Below are positions 61,556-64,000 of a stretch of DNA of 64,000 bases, piece by piece. The position numbers and the translations under genes are program-made. The DNA is from an uncultured Granulosicoccaceae bacterium (GTDB lineage Bacteria > Pseudomonadota > Gammaproteobacteria > CALCKW01). The stretch lies in assembly GCA_937925815.1 (NCBI GenBank), contig CALAMQ010000025.1, positions 80,186 to 144,185 on the forward strand, read 5' to 3'. The notes beneath the pieces are model-generated. The model saw nothing but the letters and a program-made list of their open reading frames with translations, had not been told where the DNA came from and made no database searches. The number at the start of each line of letters is the position of its first letter. The stretch's first letter is position 1.

Positions 61556-62179
61556 GCGCGCGTGTCGCCAAAACACTGGCGCGCTGCGCGGAGCACGACT
61601 ATATAGGCAGTTGCCAAAACGCCGCGGTGAGATTGATCCGGTTGAAAGTTGATGTGCGGCCGGATGCCGATTGGTTTGGCACGTCTCCCACCGTTGTGTG
61701 TGCGCCCACCGCCCACCGCCCACCGGGTGCGCTCTAGGGAGGCTCCGAAAAAGTCCCAGCTGAGTGCGAGACAAGGCGAAGCCAAAGCAAAAAAGCGGAG
61801 TTTACATGCAGTAAATGAGCATTTTTTGATTTGGCATCAACGCAGTATCGCGCCTGATGGGGCTTGTTCGGAGGTTCCCTATATTGACTGGCTACGTGCA
61901 ATCCTTTCTCGATTCTTTGAACGCCTGCAGTGGCTGCGAGTCAATATTCAATGAACCCGTGGCGGAAGCCGGGCGGGGTGTCAGTTATTCGGCGCGTGAC
62001 AATGCTTGACAGGCATTTTTGACACCTAGGTGCTCAGTTGCCAGATTTATGTCATGTTTTTTGTGAGATAGTGTTTTTAACTATTTGAAATTTAAAGATT
62101 TTATGTGGCAGAATAATTGCATGTCAGTGGTCAGGCCCGCGATAGATGGGCACCTTTTGACTGATTAAGGGACACAACC

Positions 62180-63073
62180 GTGGTAACAACAATGACTGCT
62201 CAAACCGCCACCCCGTGGCAGATTCGCAAACTCCGACTCACCGAGTCGCTCGGGCAAACGCTCGATATTCGTGAGATTGTCAGCCGCTTTTACGACGCGG
62301 CGAGAGCAGATGTGCCAATGAGCGGCATGCGCTTCGTGCGACCGGAGCTGGATATGGATGTGATCTTCGGCTCACTCGGCCAGCATCGCGCCGATTTCAG
62401 CGTGCGCCTGGGCGGCCAATTGCTCGGCACCATCACGGTGTCACGCACCGCGCCATTCAATCCGGAGGAGGCGCGCCACATCCGCGATCTCTTGCCCTGT
62501 ATTGCCCACCCACTGCGCAACGCCGGTCACTACCAGAAAGCCTTGCGGTCGGCGTTCCAGGACCCGCTGACCCAGGTGATGAACCGCGCAAGCCTCGAAC
62601 AAGCCCTGCCACGCGAAATCAGCTTGGCGCAACGCCACCGTGCGTCGCTCTCGTTGCTGATCATCGACGTCGATTTTTTCAAGGGAATTAACGACACCCA
62701 CGGACACCTTGTCGGCGACGAGATCCTGGTGAAAATTGCGAGCTCCATTCGCAGCTGCCTGCGCAGCACAGACTTGGTGTACCGCTACGGAGGCGATGAA
62801 TTTGTTGTCTGCCTGCCGTCGACCCGTCTGGGTGCGGCTGTGGACGTGGCCGAGCGGATTCGCGCCAGTGTCAACCGCTTGCCGAGTGGCCTGGCTGACG
62901 TGACGTTGAGCGTCACGATAGGCGCGACTGAAGTGGGTGAAGACTGTGTGCTCGAAAGCTTGTTCGATCGTGCTGACGGCGCGCTCTACGAAGCCAAGAA
63001 AGCCGGACGCAACCGAGTCGAATACGCCGTGGCACCTCAGGCGGGCGCGGCGCGTAGAAGCGCACCAGTCTGA
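62180..63073 (+). CDS. GGDEF-domain diguanylate cyclase with an N-terminal sensory (GAF-like) domain
   Basis: RYGGDEF and an RxxD I-site-like motif. Preceded by an AT-rich leader about 600 bp long. Confidence 0.8.
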   Translation: MVTTMTAQTATPWQIRKLRLTESLGQTLDIREIVSRFYDAARADVPMSGMRFVRPELDMDVIFGSLGQHRADFSVRLGGQLLGTITVSRTAPFNPEEARHIRDLLPCIAHPLRNAGHYQKALRSAFQDPLTQVMNRASLEQALPREISLAQRHRASLSLLIIDVDFFKGINDTHGHLVGDEILVKIASSIRSCLRSTDLVYRYGGDEFVVCLPSTRLGAAVDVAERIRASVNRLPSGLADVTLSVTIGATEVGEDCVLESLFDRADGALYEAKKAGRNRVEYAVAPQAGAARRSAPV

Positions 63074-63145
63074 GTCGTTTTCGCTGACAGCCGTGTTCGC
63101 TCAGTGGTGAGCACAAGCTGTTTAACACGGTGAACCGTTTGACCG

Positions 63146-63174
63146 TTGACACAAGGCATTTGCCGCCCTAATAT
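63146..63174 (+). promoter_or_regulatory. Near-consensus sigma-70 promoter for tRNA-Glu (TTGACA, 17-bp spacer, TAATAT)
   Basis: TTGACA at 63146-63151 and TAATAT at 63169-63174, about 35 nt upstream of the mature tRNA 5' end. Confidence 0.65.
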
Positions 63175-63208
63175 TGGCGGCTTGCTGAAGCAGTTGTTCA
63201 GCGGCCTC

Positions 63209-63284
63209 GTCCCCATCGTCTAGAGGCCTAGGACACCGCCCTTTCACGGCGGCGACCGGGGTTCGAATCCCCGTGGGGACGCCA
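63209..63284 (+). tRNA. tRNA-Glu (anticodon UUC), CCA encoded
   Basis: GTCCCCATCGTCTAGAGGCCTAGGACACCGCCCTTTCACGGCGGCGACCGGGGTTCGAATCCCCGTGGGGACGCCA folds as a cloverleaf. The anticodon loop is CTTTCAC, the T-loop is GGTTCGAATCC, and the acceptor stem is 7 bp. Confidence 0.9.
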
Positions 63285-63373
63285 TCTCTTGCGTCATTCT
63301 CTCGGCCTACAGTGCAGCCACCGCCGTAAGGCGTGGACATGTCCACTAGCCGTCACGCTGTCAACATTGAGAT

Positions 63374-63416
63374 TCCATGCGGCACTCGCATGTGATGTGG
63401 CTTTTTTTGATTTTTT
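63374..63416 (+). terminator. Putative intrinsic terminator after tRNA-Glu (imperfect hairpin CCATGCG-gcact-CGCATG...TGG followed by TTTTTTTGATTTTTT)
   Basis: Hairpin plus a double T-run, seen directly. The stem is imperfect. Confidence 0.45.
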
Positions 63417-63443
63417 AAGGTCTTGCTGGTTTTCGCCTAGAAC

Positions 63444-64000
63444 TCACGTTGTGGCGCGCGCGCTGCCGCGGCTCACGCGGTAGGGTTGATGCGGCGCATC
63501 ACGTCTGACCGCAACTAAATCGCCTCCCCAAACGCACCCGCCGTCGAGCGCCACGACGGGGCCGTGCACGCCGTATCCCAATGCCGCCCAGTGACCTGTG
63601 AACACGTGGTATTGCGCCATGTCAGGTGTGGCGTGGCTAAACCACGGTTGCACGCCCTCCGGCAGTGATTCGGGTGACCCCTTTTCGCGGAAATTCAATG
63701 TGCCGTCGCTGTTTAGGCAGCGCATGCGCGTGAATACCGTCGCGGCAAAGGCCAACTGACTTGCCAGAGCGTTTTCAGTCACCAGCGTGGGTGTGGCCTT
63801 GGCGAACAGCTGGTGCAGTGCATCGCGAGGGTGATCGCCGGCGAGTTGAGAGTGCACGGCGTGTGCGAGTTCAAGGTTGTCTTCAATTGAGCACAGTGGG
63901 AACAGACCAGCGTGGACCAGAATGTGGTTGCCACTGACGTGCACCAACGGGCGTTTGCGCAGCCATTGGCACAGTTGATCGCAATCTGGCGCGCTGAGGA
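63444..64000 (-). CDS. apaH: Bis(5'-nucleosyl)-tetraphosphatase (symmetrical) ApaH, partial (N-terminus lies beyond the window end)
   Basis: The C-terminal half aligns with E. coli ApaH (HAGLFP...FTRMRCLNSDGTLNF...GHWAALGY...LDGGCVWGG). The ORF is open to the window edge. Confidence 0.75.
   Translation of the reverse strand, partial: LSAPDCDQLCQWLRKRPLVHVSGNHILVHAGLFPLCSIEDNLELAHAVHSQLAGDHPRDALHQLFAKATPTLVTENALASQLAFAATVFTRMRCLNSDGTLNFREKGSPESLPEGVQPWFSHATPDMAQYHVFTGHWAALGYGVHGPVVALDGGCVWGGDLVAVRRDAPHQPYRVSRGSARATT

Noticed and set aside
61315-61785. 156-aa minus-strand ORF in the long intergenic region.
   Set aside because: Arg/Gly/His-rich composition, no RBS and no homology. It spans the plus-strand terminator and is probably non-coding.

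Overview
This is a high-GC (about 60%) chromosomal window from a Gram-negative proteobacterium. Gene order and protein families are beta/gamma-proteobacterial, and the content suggests a marine-type lifestyle. The window is mostly a housekeeping backbone with a few accessory-looking insertions. On the minus strand at the 5' edge there is a urease operon, ureD-ureAB(fused gamma/beta)-ureC-ureE-ureF, with ureF truncated by the window start. Next come cca, a lipoprotein aminopeptidase, a YfcE-like phosphoesterase, an orphan histidine kinase, and an LpoB-like lipoprotein pair. A MATE pump, a lone cytoplasmic heparinase II/III-family protein, hemF, a class-V aminotransferase and tsaC follow. The conserved block dprA / LysM (TsaP-like) / def-fmt-rsmB is then followed by a DUF4390-NtrY-NtrX-like-trkA-trkH module; topA carries a lysine-rich tail and smg is missing between dprA and topA. 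After that come an LpxL-like acyltransferase, a betaine-type catabolic island (MttB-superfamily methyltransferase, LuxR regulator, dimethylglycine/sarcosine dehydrogenase), thrC, acnA, and a peptide-type ABC importer that lacks ATPase genes. The 3' part holds an M20 amidohydrolase, two GGDEF proteins, sbcDC, an M48-peptidase::TerB fusion, an ECF sigma/anti-sigma pair with a MotA/TolQ-like membrane protein and a small membrane protein, tRNA-Glu(UUC) and a partial apaH. I found no CRISPR array, IS element or recognisable defense island. The most unusual loci are listed in findings: the M48-TerB/ECF-sigma/MotA-like cluster downstream of sbcDC; the NtrX-like regulator with a degenerate AAA+ domain; the MttB-family/LuxR/DMGDH island; the repeat-filled dprA-topA spacer that replaces smg; and an 883-bp non-coding region with an orphan intrinsic terminator.
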